The notes: generated from the letters alone by a model not told the origin. Shown: positions 42,600 through 54,579, numbered from the stretch's first letter. The stretch: 64,000 bases of DNA from Eledone cirrhosa (GCA_964016885.1 OZ024745.1:94798001-94862000), one strand, 5' to 3'. A program made the numbers and translations.

Positions 42600-42830
42600 A
42601 CATTGTAAACGCCAGTCGTACTTCCTTTTCCGGTATCCATTCTATTCATCCGGCAAGCAACCAATTTATTTCTGAATATGAATGTAAGTACTTTGTATAA
42701 TGTTGGCAATCTAGTTATAACCTTTTAGTTTTGAGGTTCTTTGGCATTATAGTATAATGTATAATGTATTATTCAATATACAAAATCTCACAATGTCATG
42801 AAAGGCCATTAACATTATATAAAAATAATT
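42600..42830 (-). mobile_element. Degenerate Dong/R4-like non-LTR retrotransposon fragment (start of the RT domain)
   Basis: Minus strand reads AKEPQN*KVITRLPTLYKVLT then, frameshifted, LLPDE*NGYRKRKY. This matches the R4-clade pattern NYRPITCLPTxYKxLT...LLPxEQKGCRK. Confidence 0.7.
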
Positions 42831-42975
42831 GAGTAGTCTCTAATAAAAACAAAACACTCTACTAAAGGAACAGAAAAGGGAAGAAGTAAAAAGAAAATGC
42901 AAATGTGAAAAGGAAATCAGCTGTGAGGGGAGCAAGGAGACCGTTGCAAAGAGGAAGCGGTCAGTCAAGCCTTGG

Positions 42976-43072
42976 TATTTGACTATCTTCCTCTCCTCCA
43001 CTTTGTGGAGGAGAGGAAGATCGTCAAATAGTTTTGGTCACAAACCTCAAAGCCAGGGTTTGTGACCAAAGC
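42976..43072. other. Two abutting near-perfect inverted repeats (hairpins)
   Basis: 26-bp arms at 42976-43001 and 43005-43030 (1 mismatch, TTT loop). 14-bp perfect arms at 43033-43046 and 43057-43070 (10-nt loop), extendable by 2 bp with one G-T pair. Confidence 0.92.
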
Positions 43073-43118
43073 GAAAAGGTTGGAGGTGGAGACGAGTCAC
43101 TGCACATCGTGTCCTAAG

Positions 43119-43293
43119 AATAATTGTTTCTACTTTAGGGACAAGGCCAGCAATTACCCAGTGCATTACTTGTACTTTATTTTATCGACCCTGTAAGGAT
43201 GAAAGGCAAAGTCAACCTCGGCGGGATTTGAACTCAGGTCGTAAAGGGACGTAACTATGCTGGAAAGCATGGCGTCCGACCCTCTACTGATAC
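43119..43293 (-). mobile_element. tRNA-derived SINE, short-tail subtype, slightly 5'-truncated
   Basis: The reverse complement has the B box GAGTTCAAATCCC, the core GCCTTTCATCCTTACAGGGTCGATAAAATAAAGTAC and the tail AGTAGAAACAATTATT shared with the other copies. Confidence 0.93.
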
Positions 43294-43341
43294 AATAATT
43301 GTTTCTACATTTGGCACAAGGCCAGCAATTATCCCAGTGTA
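43294..43341 (-). mobile_element. 3'-tail fragment of the same SINE
   Basis: AATAATTGTTTCTACATTTGGCACAAGGCCAGCAATTATCCCAGTGT directly abuts the previous copy. Confidence 0.85.
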
Positions 43342-43405
43342 TAACAGTCATTTACATTTAAGGGAATCATTGAATGATAACAATTTCTTAATTTGTTTGC
43401 TTTAC

Positions 43406-43471
43406 CTTCTTCTTCTTCTTCTTCTTCTTCTTCTTCTTCTTCTTCTTCTTCTTCTTCTTCTTCTTCTTCTT
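43406..43471. repeat. (CTT)22 microsatellite
   Basis: Perfect trinucleotide run. Confidence 0.98.
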
Positions 43472-43699
43472 TCACCACCGCCACCACGGTGTAAATGTTT
43501 TACTTTCCATCGTTCCCGTTTCTTGACCCATTGTTGCTGAAGCTTACTCTAGAAGTCTTCCGTTACTATTTATTGGGTGGTAATTAAAAGGTCCCTTCGC
43601 ATTCTCTATACTTTCTCTAATATAAGCTTTCATACTCCACCAGTCTAGCAGTTTTACACTTCATTCTCCATCAGTGCATTTCATGTCTAGCTGTTTTAC

Positions 43700-44360
43700 A
43701 CTTCCTCATGCTTGTTGATAATGTTTCTTATTTTGCAGTCTATCTCATGAACCTTAGTCTTAGTCCACCTAAGTATTCTAGCAATATACAGTATCATAGA
43801 TATAACCCAGGTGTTTACAATTAGGATAAAATGTCTTACATTCAGTTTGGATTTAAGATGTGTAAAAATGTTTTTTTAACTTTTTTTTCATTAGTTCATG
43901 CAATGTCTCCTCAATCTCTTGGATTCCTAAATAGTTATAACTGATATTTGTATTTATTCAACTGTATAAGCTGCTAAGACAAATTCCCTTGTGTTTGCCC
44001 TGGAACCAACCTCGGACTCTTAGTACCAGCGATTTTACTTTTGTTACTGACTTCGCAAACAGTTTCAAATTGTCCTTACGTAATGGATTTTAAAAAAAAC
44101 AAACATTAGAAACATCTTTCCCCAACTTATACCGCATCCTTGCTTCTCCCAGTACTTACGATATGGTATAAGAACAGTGAAAAGGTGCAATGGATAAATG
44201 TCTCACCCTGTAAAATAACTTTAAATGTCTATATTGCCTAGGAAATTATATGAGCCCAACTCATTTCACAAATCTTTCATGCAAGATTCTGAAAAGGCGC
44301 ATTATATCGTGAGAGTTTTAAAAGTTTCTCCATGATATACTCAAGTTTGGCCTCCAGAAA
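43700..44360 (-). mobile_element. Degenerate Dong/R4-like fragment (RT core to thumb)
   Basis: Minus strand, with frameshifts: ILQGET..., NPLRKDNLKLFAKS (decayed HLLFMDDLKLFAKS), YNYLGIQEIEETLHELMKK, LKSKLN...IVNTWVISMILY...WTKTKVHEIDCKIRNII. Confidence 0.8.
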
Positions 44361-44479
44361 TTATAGTCTCCCATCTCTATGTTATCTACTACAAAATGAT
44401 ACTTTGTTTCCATTTTTTCTTGTGGTAGTTTTGTTCTTTAGACAAGACTTGGCAAATAGGTGATGATATGTTTTCTATG

Positions 44480-46740
44480 ACAGTATTCCAGTTAACGTTA
44501 TTCTTTGCATTATGTTCTGTATAATAATTTAATCTGTCTATAGTATTGCTTTCTAATCTTTTCTTTCAACTGTTTAGTTTGTTGATTCCTAAGTATTTGT
44601 ATGTTTGTGTTTGATCTAAGTCTCTTATCTCATCTTATTTACTAAGCATGATATTAGTCTTTCTCATTAGAGTTTCTCACTTCACAGTTGCTATGGTGCA
44701 TTTTTCTAGTCAAAATGTCATGCCTATTTCTTTTGTGAATCCATGTACAGTCTGAAGCATACAGCTTTCGATCATCCATATACAGGAGATGGCTAATTTT
44801 CTTTTTGTAGCATTTATACCCTAGTCCAGTCAGTGTCTTAGATTATGGTGCCAGTGCTAGATAGAAAACAGTAGTAATAGGGAGTCCCCTTGAAATATAC
44901 TTAATATGCCTCTGTTGATTGGAATGGGCTCAGTTTCTATTGTTCTATTCTTCGTTTCTATCTGCAGAACTCTTTGCCACTTACTCATGGCATGCTTGAT
45001 AAATATTTTTATTGTTGACGCTAATTTGTTTGTGGCGAGTGTGTTCAGTATCCATGTACGGGGAACACTGTCAAATGGCTTCTTGTAGTCAATCAATGCC
45101 ATGTTGAAATTTGTTTTGTTTTGTTTTTTTCTGCTCTCTGTTTATAGCTTTATTGATTAGCAAATGGTATTTACAGATTCATGAGTCTTTGGAGCATCCT
45201 TTCTGTTCTGTAAGCAGGTTTTTTTCACTTCACCAGGTGTTTGATCAGCTTTTGCGACATTATTGCAATTAAAGTTCTTTATGTAGTACGAAGGTATGAC
45301 ATTGACCTGTAGTTTTGAGGGGTTGCTGTGTTATTATTCTTGTGGATCAGGGTAGTTTTCCCTTTAATGAGTCAGTTAGGTATTTTTTCTGGCTCTGACA
45401 GCATTTCATTAAACCTTTTTTCAAATATGCTATATGTTCATGTTAAATATATCATCTAAAAGTTGGGGTTCTTTTTATGTCCCCGAGACATCCAGCTGCA
45501 TGTTGGTAGTGTTCTAGACACATCATCTGTTGTAACATCTTCCCAAAGTTGTTCAGGTGCTGTGTTTCTTGTTCTTGTATGGTAATTTCCCTTTTCATTC
45601 TTCCTATAATATTCTCCTGTACTCTTCCACTTCTTTTATTTTCGGGGATACATTTACCTCTATTTTCCTTCTATTAAATTCCTGATAGGTTTGTTTTGGG
45701 TTAGAGTAAAATAGCTGATTTTGTTCACAAAAACTTTTGGCGCTTTTCATATCTCCGGATTCTCTGTGCCTTCACAAATATTTGTTGTCTGAGGCATTCC
45801 TTAATCTCCAGGGCTTCTTTTTCTGTTATATTATATTTCTTTAGTATTTATAATGTCTTTCATATTTCTAGTTTTGTTGTTTTCTTTCCTATTTCATATA
45901 AAATTGAAAGATCTTTTCTATTATTTTCTATCTTTTTTTTTTGTATCTGATTTCCATGTCTGTGTGGGTTTTAATACTTGTTTGTGAAGATCTAAAGAAG
46001 TAACCACTTTCTTTCGTAACCACAACGGCTGCTGCATATATTATGTCATTTAACCTTATGATACTAATGTTTTTATTCGTATTTATTAAGTCTATGATGG
46101 CTAGATTAGCGTTATTTTTATAATTGTTGCTATTTTATTATTAATTCTTATCTTTGGGAGGTGTATTATTTGGTCCATAGGGAGATTATTTATTGTGTGG
46201 AGTATTTGGATTATTTCCAGCTTTATTCTATAGTCGTCTTGAATTTCATCTTTAGAGCTTCTTTTTCCTACAACTTTCTCTTAATATTTCTCTTCCTTTG
46301 TATTTTTGTTTGCGTTGTTCTGAATCAGCTTTCGTTGGTCAGTAGTCGGTATGTCTTTTAGAGTTGGGGTTTGTTGTGTTTTGTTGTTTCCTTTATCTGT
46401 TTTGGATATGTTGGTTTTATGTTCATCTTTTAAATTCTCAATATATTTATGTTCGTTTGTTGTTTTATGTTCGCTATTTATGTTTTTGTTGTGTATTTGT
46501 TCTTTGAATTGCTTAATTTCCTTGTTTGATATTTGTTTTCTTCTAATTATGTATCTCCTTAAATTCGCCATTTTGTCGGTGGTAAGCGTAAAATCCGAGC
46601 GTGGGTTGTTCTTTTTGCCAGATTTTATATGTGTGTGTTGTTTTCAGTTTAGGTTACAGTGTTGCTGTAAAATATGTGTATAAAATAGAAGTATATTCCT
46701 CTCGTGTATATTTGTTTCGTTTTGATTTTATTTGCGTTAC
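44480..46740 (-). mobile_element. Dead Dong/R4-clade non-LTR retrotransposon (N-terminal region plus reverse transcriptase, 3'-truncated)
   Basis: YTREEY...KMANLRRYII (ORF 46281-46571), LNDIIYAAAVV (~46020-46055), MALIDYKKPFDSVP..WI...PINRG..IFQGDSL (ORF 44857-45102), HLLYMDD (YMDD at 44771-44782), TYKYLGI. Many stops and frameshifts. Confidence 0.9.
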
Positions 46741-46785
46741 TTGAATAGTAAAGTCGGACCAATTGTTTACAATGTTATTGTTTTT

Positions 46786-47010
46786 GGCTGTGGTTTGGCA
46801 GTATAGGGACAGCCTCGGACACCATGCTTTGCAGCATAGAGTAATGGCCCTTTACGTTCTGAGTTCAAATCCCGCCGAGGTTAACTTTGCCTTTCATCCT
46901 TACGGGGTTGTTAAAATAAAGTACCAGTAATGTACCAGGGTTGCTAAAATAAAGTACCAGTAATGTACAAGGTAATTGCTGGCCTTGTTCCAAAAGTAGA
47001 AACAATTATT
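46786..47010 (+). mobile_element. SINE, short-tail subtype, with an internal 33-bp tandem duplication
   Basis: A-box-like TGGCAGTATAGG, B box GAGTTCAAATCCC; TAAAATAAAGTACCAGTAATGTAC at 46912 and 46945. Confidence 0.93.
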
Positions 47011-47273
47011 TTTGTTGGATACTGGATGTGTTTCTAGATTTGTACGTTTTTGCGCGTATCGTTCTTCAGACAATGTTTTCTTAAGTTTAAAGAGCAAATA
47101 TCCCTACACCTTTGTGATTCCTTCGTATACATCTTTTACTACCTTTATATCAACACCTGTAATGCAAATAGTATATCTTATGTTACTTATATACATCGGT
47201 ATTGTTTTTATTTGTTTGTCCTTTTGATTTGGTTTATTGTTGTTTTAGTCCTTATTATTCAGAGCTTGTGATT

Positions 47274-47483
47274 GCGGTGGATTGGCAGTATTGGTAAACG
47301 GTCGGACGCCATGCTTTGCAGCATAGAGTTACGGCCCTTTATGATCTGAGTTCAAATCCCGTAGAGGTTAACTTTGCCTTTCATCCTTATGGGGTCGATA
47401 AAATAAAGTACCAGTCACGCTGGGGTATCGACTTTCCCCTCCCCCAAAATTGCTGCCCTTGTGCCTATATAAGAAACCATTAT
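47274..47483 (+). mobile_element. SINE, long-tail subtype, with a 16-bp target site duplication
   Basis: Full head, core and tail; ATTATTCAGAGCTTGT on both sides (~47254 and ~47479). Confidence 0.95.
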
Positions 47484-47681
47484 TCAGAGCTTGTAAATTC
47501 TCTGTGTTGTGTTGTGGCTGTTTTTCAACTAGTTGTAATTTTTGCACGTGTTTCCAGCGTTAAATAATAAATTTATATGATAGGGACAATCCATACATAA
47601 CGTTTGGTGGTTCTTGTCTAACATATTCTACGTTTTTTATTGTTTTGACGATGATGTCCGATGTATTTCAAATCTTACGGG

Positions 47682-47770
47682 CTTCTTCTTCTTCTTCTTC
47701 TTCTTCTTCTTCTTCTTCTTCTTCTTCTTCTTCTTCTTCTTCTTCTTCTTCTTCTTCTTCTTCTTCTTCT
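47682..47770. repeat. (CTT)~29 microsatellite
   Basis: Perfect run directly upstream of a SINE. Confidence 0.98.
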
Positions 47771-47985
47771 GTGGATTGGCAGTATCAGTAAATTATCGAA
47801 CAATATGCTTCACCACATACAGTTACGGCGCTTTACGTCCTGATTTCAAATCCCGCTGAGGTTAACTTTGCCTTTCATCCTTATGGGGTCGATAGAATAA
47901 AGCACCAGTAATGCACTGGGGTCGATTTAATCAACTTTCCCCCTCCCCCCAAATTGCAGGCTTTGTGCCTATATCAAAAATCATG
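47771..47985 (+). mobile_element. SINE, long-tail subtype, diverged
   Basis: GTGGATTGGCAGTATC head, GCCTTTCATCCTTATGGGGTCGAT core, GTCGATTTAATCAACTTTCCCCCTCCCCCC segment. Confidence 0.92.
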
Positions 47986-48079
47986 ATCATTGTTTGTTGA
48001 TGTTTTGTTGTTGTTCGAGATCCTTTACTTCTGAACACAGCACTATATAACTTGAACACGGGAAATACTTCGGTTTAGC

Positions 48080-48900
48080 TTTCTATGTATCCAGTACCTA
48101 GAGTTCTACAATCTGTACGTTGTATACATATGTGTAAGTCCTGTGATTATGGTTATATATTCACCGGCATTTTAAAGCATTCCTTACGTACCTAATATAT
48201 ATACAAATATGTTAATGTTTAAAATCATCACGTATTGGATATTCCCTGTTCGTTATATTTCTATAAAATCGCATTTATTCTAGAATAATATTATCATCTA
48301 TTGGGAGTGCTATTTAGATTAGAAGGCATTTCTGTTCTTGGTACTTTCTTGACAACCACAGCCTGTCAAATAGCTTTGATCTCATCGTCTATGTAGATTA
48401 ACATATCTCAGAGTATGGCTGCTAAATCATTATCTGATACATTCTCCAGTGTATGTATATATCGTCTCTTTTCTCTCGATATATCATAATTGTTTCTACT
48501 TTTTGGCACAAGGCCAGCAATTATCCCAGTGTATTACTGGTACTTTATTTTATCGACCCCGTAAGGATGAAAGGCAAAGTTAACCTCGGCAGGATTTGAA
48601 CTCAGTCCGTAAAGGGACGTAACTGTGCTGCAAAGCATGGCGTCCGACCCTCTACCGATATTGCCAATCCACCGCCCTGCCACAATTTCCATTACAGTCA
48701 AGCTTCCATTCTGTCATACCTGTCGATGTACTTCTATGATTACTAAGATATAAAATAGTTAGTTGTGTGTTTCTAATTTCCGAATATTCAGTAGTTACTT
48801 AATGTATTCACCTTTAGTATATAATTTACTGGGTTATTACTTCAGATTCATGAACACTAATCATGTCTTCCAGATAAAATGTTTCTATTTCATCAATTCT
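48080..48900 (-). mobile_element. Highly degenerate Dong/R4-like 3' region (restriction-like endonuclease domain), split by a SINE
   Basis: KYIDRYDRMEA*L*WKLWQ right of the SINE (cf. EYxxRHDxVxxxIHWKLCQ). AAIL*DMLIYIDDEIKAI*QAVVV...KCLLI*IALPIDDNI left of it (cf. ILWDMPIHTDREIKANRPDIVV...CLLIDVSIPxDxN). Confidence 0.7.
48486..48676 (-). mobile_element. SINE, short-tail subtype, full length
   Basis: Close to the reverse complement of the copy at 52041-52230. Confidence 0.95.
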
Positions 48901-48969
48901 TGAATCATTTCAGTTGTTTACATGGTTTAAAGTTTTGTTCAGTTCCTTTTTTATTTATAGTGAGCCAAA

Positions 48970-49162
48970 GGGTGGTGGATTGGCAGTATCGGTAGAGAAT
49001 CGGACGGTCCTTTACACTCTGAGTTCAAACCCAGCCGAGGTTAACTTTGCCTTTCATCCTTATGGGTCGATAAAATAAAGTACCAGTCACGTACTGGATC
49101 AATTTAATTGACTTTCCCCTCCTCCCAAATCACTGGACTTGTGTCTATACTAGAAATCATTT
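48970..49162 (+). mobile_element. SINE, long-tail subtype, with an internal deletion and a 16-bp TSD
   Basis: ATTTATAGTGAGCCAA at ~48953 and ~49159; lacks the GCCATGCTTTGCAGCATAG segment. Confidence 0.93.
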
Positions 49163-50437
49163 ATAGTGAGCCAAGCCTGCAATGCTGTTGGATTTTTCAA
49201 ACATTTTGTTGTAAATATTTATTGTCTTTCCAGTGTGCTGGAAACTCGGTTGATGATGACGTGTTCTCTAATCTCATGACTTCCTGTTAATGTCTTTATA
49301 TTATATATTCGATCAGTACTTTCATTTAAATAAGTAAAAACAGGTCGTTTCAATTTTATGTAGTATATAATCTTTTACTTTTTAATGTTTCTAAGAGAAT
49401 ACGAAATTATTAAGTTTTTTCTTGCATGTGGGACTGATAGTAGACTTTTGTTATGTTAGCGTATGTGGTTAAATATCTCTATGAAAGCATCTCTGATCTT
49501 TATCGTCATTTTTTACTTTAGTCCTTTTTTTATCTTTTATTCTACCATAATGCTTTATTGTTCCTGATGTGGTGAGTTCTGTGTATATTCATTTTGTTTG
49601 AGGTGTCATTTATTATCTGAGCTTGCTTTTGTTGTGTGATTTCTTTCCTTTTCTAGAGACTTATGTGATCTGTATATGGGTATGGAGGTTTGTGTTTATT
49701 TTCAGCGAATATCTTCTATGAAGTGCTCTATTTCTTTAACTCGTATTTTTTATTGTTTATTATAAATCAGCATAAACCTGTTAATATGGTTGGATTTATA
49801 TTTCTGTCAGTGTTTTGTTTTGTTTTTCTCTCCTGTCAACAGCATGTGCATTGTGTTTATCTCGGTCATGTGCATTGAACATAGTATTGATGTGAATGTA
49901 ACACTTCATTGTAATGTTCATTTCCACAGCCTTCCCTTGAACACTAACATTCGAAATTAATTAATTGAAAACAAAATGAGAGTTTGAGGATTCCGACCCC
50001 ACGACCCTTTCAGGAGTAAGAGAGCGAAGAAGAAGAAGTAGAATGAACGAACGAAGGAACAATCCACTACGCGATCGCTTCACTTACAAGAATTAACCAA
50101 TCTTTCCTTATATGAAAATATTCAATCATTGTGTTCTCACCTTTTTTCTCCAGGAAGTAGAAAACAACACCTTTGAACCGAACATTACCTTGTTTTAGTA
50201 TCGTAACTGCTTCAGATACACACATATATATATATAATATATATACATACATCATACCACCTACCTTGACTGGTACAGATTTTGCTTTTGGTTAACATAT
50301 GCTCAGATATAACTGATGCCTTTTTAAATAACAAACTTCCATTTTAAGTTCATTTGTTTCATTTAATCTTGTTTTCCTGCACCTTTATCGGTCTGTCTTT
50401 TTCTTAACATGAGTTATTTAAACATTATATCTGTATG

Positions 50438-50632
50438 TAATAATTGTTTCTACTTTTGGCACAAGGCCAGCAATTATCCCAGTGTATTACTGGTACTTTA
50501 TTTTATCGACCCCGTAAGGATGAAAGGCAAAGTTAACCTCGGCTGGATTTGAACTCAGACCATAAAGGGCCGTAACTCTTTGCTGCAAAAGCATGGCGTC
50601 CGACCCTCTACTGATACTGCCAATCCACCGCC
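50438..50632 (-). mobile_element. SINE, short-tail subtype
   Basis: Full length; flanked by CTGT(A/C)TGTAATAAT at 50431 and 50632. Confidence 0.95.
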
Positions 50633-50638
50633 TGTCTG

Positions 50639-50835
50639 TAATAATGGTTTCTGATTAAAGTACAAGGCCAGCAATTTGTTATATATCCAGTACGTTACTG
50701 GTACTTTATTTTATCGACCCTGTAAGGGTGAAAGGCAAAGCTTACCTCGGTGGGATTTGAACTCAGGACTTAAAGGACTATTTGTCGCAACGCATGTTGT
50801 CGGATGCTCTACCAATACTGCTAATACACCACGCT
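50639..50835 (-). mobile_element. SINE, more diverged copy
   Basis: Core and B box present; flanked by CTGTCTGTAATAAT at 50632 and 50839. Confidence 0.9.
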
Positions 50836-50871
50836 TACCTGTCTGTAATAATCACACATAATAAATATAAT

Positions 50872-51083
50872 ATAATGGTTTATGATTTAGGTACAAGGCC
50901 AGCAATTTTGGGGGAGGGGAAAGTCGATTAAATTGACTCCAGTGCGTTGATGGTACTTTATTTTATCAACCCTGTAAGGATGAAAGACAAAGCTAAACTC
51001 AGCGGGATTTGAACTCAGAACGTAAAGGACCGTAACTCTATGTTGCAAAGCATGGTGTCAGACGCTCTACCAATCCACCGCCC
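50872..51083 (-). mobile_element. SINE, long-tail subtype
   Basis: GGGGAGGGGAAAGTCGATTAAATTGAC segment present; TSD AATAAATATAAT(A/G)TAAT at ~50860 and ~51088. Confidence 0.93.
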
Positions 51084-51454
51084 TCAAAATAAATATAATG
51101 TAATAAAAAGTAATTTTGTTTTGAAACAGCGAGTGAAGTTTGAAATAGAAATAGAAGCTTTCGCCGTATTTTTCGACTAACGAAATTTTAGCCCGATGGA
51201 GGGTTTTTAATTAAAAAAACTCTCAAAATTGAACAAAGATGAGTATTGACATGTACATACAGGAATAGTTTCGTTTTATTCATTTTTTCAATATTTTTAG
51301 ATTATTATAACAATCCATTTCGTTTTATTTGTTTTACCCACACTGATCATTTTGTCTGTTGCTGGTTGTCTTATTTTATTATCAGCGCGTATTCTAGTTA
51401 CCAGCTTTTATATTTCATCTTCTGGCGCCTTTTAATTGTTTATTATGAATCACC

Positions 51455-51675
51455 GCAGGAGGTGGACTGGCAGTATCGGTAGAGCGTCGGACAAAATGCT
51501 TAGCGACATAGATTTACGGCCCTTTTACATCCTGAGTTCAAATCCCGTCCAGGTTAGCTTTGCCTTTCATCCTTACTGATTCTATAAACTAAAGCACCAG
51601 TAATGGGGTCGATTTAATCGACTTCCCCTTCCCCTTCAAACTGCTGCACTTGCGCCTAAATGTAGAAACGATTAT
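51455..51675 (+). mobile_element. SINE, long-tail subtype, diverged
   Basis: TGGCAGTATCGG A box, GAGTTCAAATCCC B box, GTCGATTTAATCGAC; TSD ATTAT(G/C)AATCACC at 51442 and 51671. Confidence 0.92.
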
Positions 51676-52040
51676 CAATCACCATCATTTACTCATGTAT
51701 TTGGTTTGATATGGTATCTCACTTCATGTGTAGTGTTTAAGTGTGTTATTTTCTTTTAAGTTTCCTTTTATTTTGGTGAACACAATCAGTGCCAGGCGTG
51801 AATGTTTGTTGGATCTTAACACTTAGAGACGACACCATTTCTTAATAATGTCTTATGTTAATTTTATATCGATCTTATATTAGACACTCTAAAAACATCT
51901 AACATATTCTGGCTCAGCAGAAAGTATTATATTTTTTATTCGTTTTATAAATAGAAACTGTTGTTCTGTGTTTAAATAGTGTTGACTCGTTTTCATTTGG
52001 ATTTTGTCATGTTTCCTAATTCATTATTTTATCATGAACA

Positions 52041-52230
52041 GGGTGGTGGATTGGCAGTATCGGTAGAGGCTCGGACGCCATGCTTTCCAGCATAGTTACG
52101 TCCCTTTACGATCTGAGTTCAAATCCCGCCGAGGTTGATTTTGCCTTTCATCCTTACGGGGTCGATAAAATAAAGTACCAGTAATGCACTGGGTAATTGC
52201 TGGCCTTGTTTCTAAAGTAGAAACAATTAT
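52041..52230 (+). mobile_element. SINE, short-tail subtype, full length with a perfect 16-bp TSD
   Basis: ATTATTTTATCATGAA at 52023 and 52226; intact A and B boxes. Confidence 0.96.
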
Positions 52231-52459
52231 TTTATCATGAATTATAAGTTATTTAAACAATATATGTTCCGCCTAATAACCACGTTCATTATCATTTGTA
52301 CTGAGAGGGATCATTTTAACATTAGGCTCTTTACTTTGCTTGTAAATTTGGTTCTTGTATTTGTTACTGCGTGCTCTTTCTGTATAACTGAGAGAAGCAT
52401 ATAGCCGTAAACTGTGGGTTTGTTCAAAGCTTGTTTAGGTTTTGTGTATTCTATTATAT

Positions 52460-53340
52460 TGAATGAACTATACAATATCTGCAGACAATGCACAGTAATG
52501 GTATTTTCTGGATGTTGCATATTTGTGAGCATTTTGCTTACCTATTTGTCTTCATCTATTTTAATTATTACCCAAAACAATAAATATAAGGATTGTTTCT
52601 GTTTCAATTTTTATATTCGAGTTTTCTTTATTTTTAGATCGATATATTTATATTAGAGATATATTATAATTTATTAGGACTGATACTTCGATTAGGAGGC
52701 ACTTCCTTTCCTACTATTTCTTGATAAAAATATCCGGTTAGTTGTTTTAAATTCATTGGTTTTCTTAAAGGATGTAAATAGTTTTATTTTGCTCCTTATT
52801 TGTTATAGCTTTTAAAAATAAATTTCCTTTATTCTATTTTAAATATTATATTATATCTACAGAATAATCTTTCATGTCTCTAGAGACAGAAGATTCTTAC
52901 TTCTCTTTATTCCTGGGAAATATGATGCTTCTATGTCAGATTTGGAATGATGTAATTTTATTTTGTTTTTCTAATATTAATTAGATGGCCCCCAATGAAA
53001 AATATATTTATAACTTATTATTGATACACCTAAAGCTCTGGTGCCTATTACCGTATATATCTTTGAATATATCTGTTTTAAGTATTAATCTAAAACGTCT
53101 GTAATATTCGTCGTCAAGATTTACTTACATTTGTTTGTGCTGTAATCTGTCTCGTTAATTAATTGTTAAGTCTGTGTTTGGTTTAATTATCATATCTTTA
53201 TTTCTCTATCTAAAATGATATTAATGATTTTTCTTTTCTTATGGTCGCCCTGGTGTATTTTTCTAAACAGAATTTCATATAGATTTCTCTAGTATATGAG
53301 TGAACTGTCTATAGCTCTTTTATTTGGATGTCATCTGTAA
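52460..53340 (-). mobile_element. Dong/R4-like element, 3' part (late RT, thumb, endonuclease, C-terminus), degenerate
   Basis: TVHSYTREIYMKFCLEKYTRATI, EYYRRFRLILKT, HHSKSDIE, PDIFIKK**ERKCLLIEVS (PD..D/E endonuclease motif), KYIDLKI, NIQKIPLL. Confidence 0.8.
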
Positions 53341-53839
53341 CGTATAGATCGCCCACATACAAAAGCAAGTTGATTGTTATTCCATGGTAAAACGTGTTCC
53401 TTCGTCGTTCGTAGTGGTATTCGTACCGCACAATCATGTTCGATTCTATATAGATCAATTCCTAACTATTTTCACATCATACGATACATGATAGATATGA
53501 TTGTGAACAAAGCTGGCTTCGTCAGACTCTGATCAGTTAAGACAATTTTAAAACTATTGAACTCAACTGACTATGTTGTACCTAGTTTCGGCCCCGTTTA
53601 GTATCACGATTAGGACCGAAATATTGATTTCTTCACCGCTTCTCTATACTTTGGCACGCGACCCACCGCAGCAGAAAATAGAGACAGTTAGAATTCTGCT
53701 CGAATTGTCACTCCAGTGAACCGTATCTACATACACAGATAATGTTTACGTGATAACACAAGACAGCACAGAGATTGTTTCAATATCACTCTGAAGGATT
53801 CCGATTGTAATTGGGGCCATATTAAATTTAGACAAACGG

Positions 53840-53905
53840 CGACGTGAATTTTGCCTTTCATCCTTTTGAGGTCGTTAAAAACGGTACCTGTCCAGTACTG
53901 GGGCT
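53840..53905 (+). mobile_element. Old SINE core fragment
   Basis: TTTTGCCTTTCATCCTTTTGAGGTCGTTAAAAACGGTACC resembles the SINE core. Confidence 0.7.
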
Positions 53906-54010
53906 GGTTCTATTTCTATATCGCTTTCTTGATCCCTCTCTCTCACTTTATCTCTTTCTCTAGAATCTGCTCATTTAGGCCTGGAGAGGGATGGTCTCCG
54001 CTAGGCTTAA

Positions 54011-54231
54011 CCCTTTAGCATTTAAACCGGCCATATCCTGCCAGAATTCTTTCACCTCTTTCTTTTCAAATCGACCATAGCCGGCTGCTCATACTTATGT
54101 TAAATTATTGTTATCAAAATAAATAATATTAAAATCTCGTAGATTCAATATTATGTGAGCTAATTATATGAGGTAAAGCCTTTACCATGAAAATATAATA
54201 GTAAATATAGAGTAATGTAAATGCTAAAGGG
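54011..54231. mobile_element. piggyBac-type MITE (221 bp)
   Basis: Perfect 14-bp TIRs CCCTTTAGCATTTA (54011-54024) and TAAATGCTAAAGGG (54218-54231). TTAA on both sides (54007-54010, 54232-54235). No ORF. Confidence 0.93.
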
Positions 54232-54579
54232 TTAAAATGCTCAAGAAACGCCGTATGTAAATAGGGCGCCCCTAACACTCTATCAGAAGTTACGGGACCA
54301 TACCACACTAAAAATCCTTACAACTCTTTATAAAGATTGATACTTTGCGACCGAAGGAGGGTTTCTCGTTAAGGACATTCTTTGATTTCACAGGCAGTTG
54401 TCTTTTTGTCATGTTATAATTCTGTAGTATTTCTATTTTGCTTTTCTTTCATTTGTATCATTTCGTTATTGACTGTATTAAGGTTTGAAAGATTTCTTTC
54501 ATATTTTTGCATCTATTTCTGTGTATTTGTTTTTAATATGGCTTCACTTCTTTTTTAATTTCTCATATTAATTCATATT

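Noticed and set aside
43031-43080. Stem followed by CGAAA suggesting a hammerhead ribozyme
   Set aside because: The required CUGANGA core is not present 5' of the stem.
43643-43704. 20-bp direct repeat GTCTAGC(A/T)GTTTTACACTTC, 42 bp apart
   Set aside because: Only two copies at the end of a decayed LINE; most simply a small local duplication.
52041-52135. A box and B box suggesting a tRNA gene
   Set aside because: These are SINE heads: no cloverleaf, continuous with the SINE core and tail, flanked by TSDs, and present in many copies.
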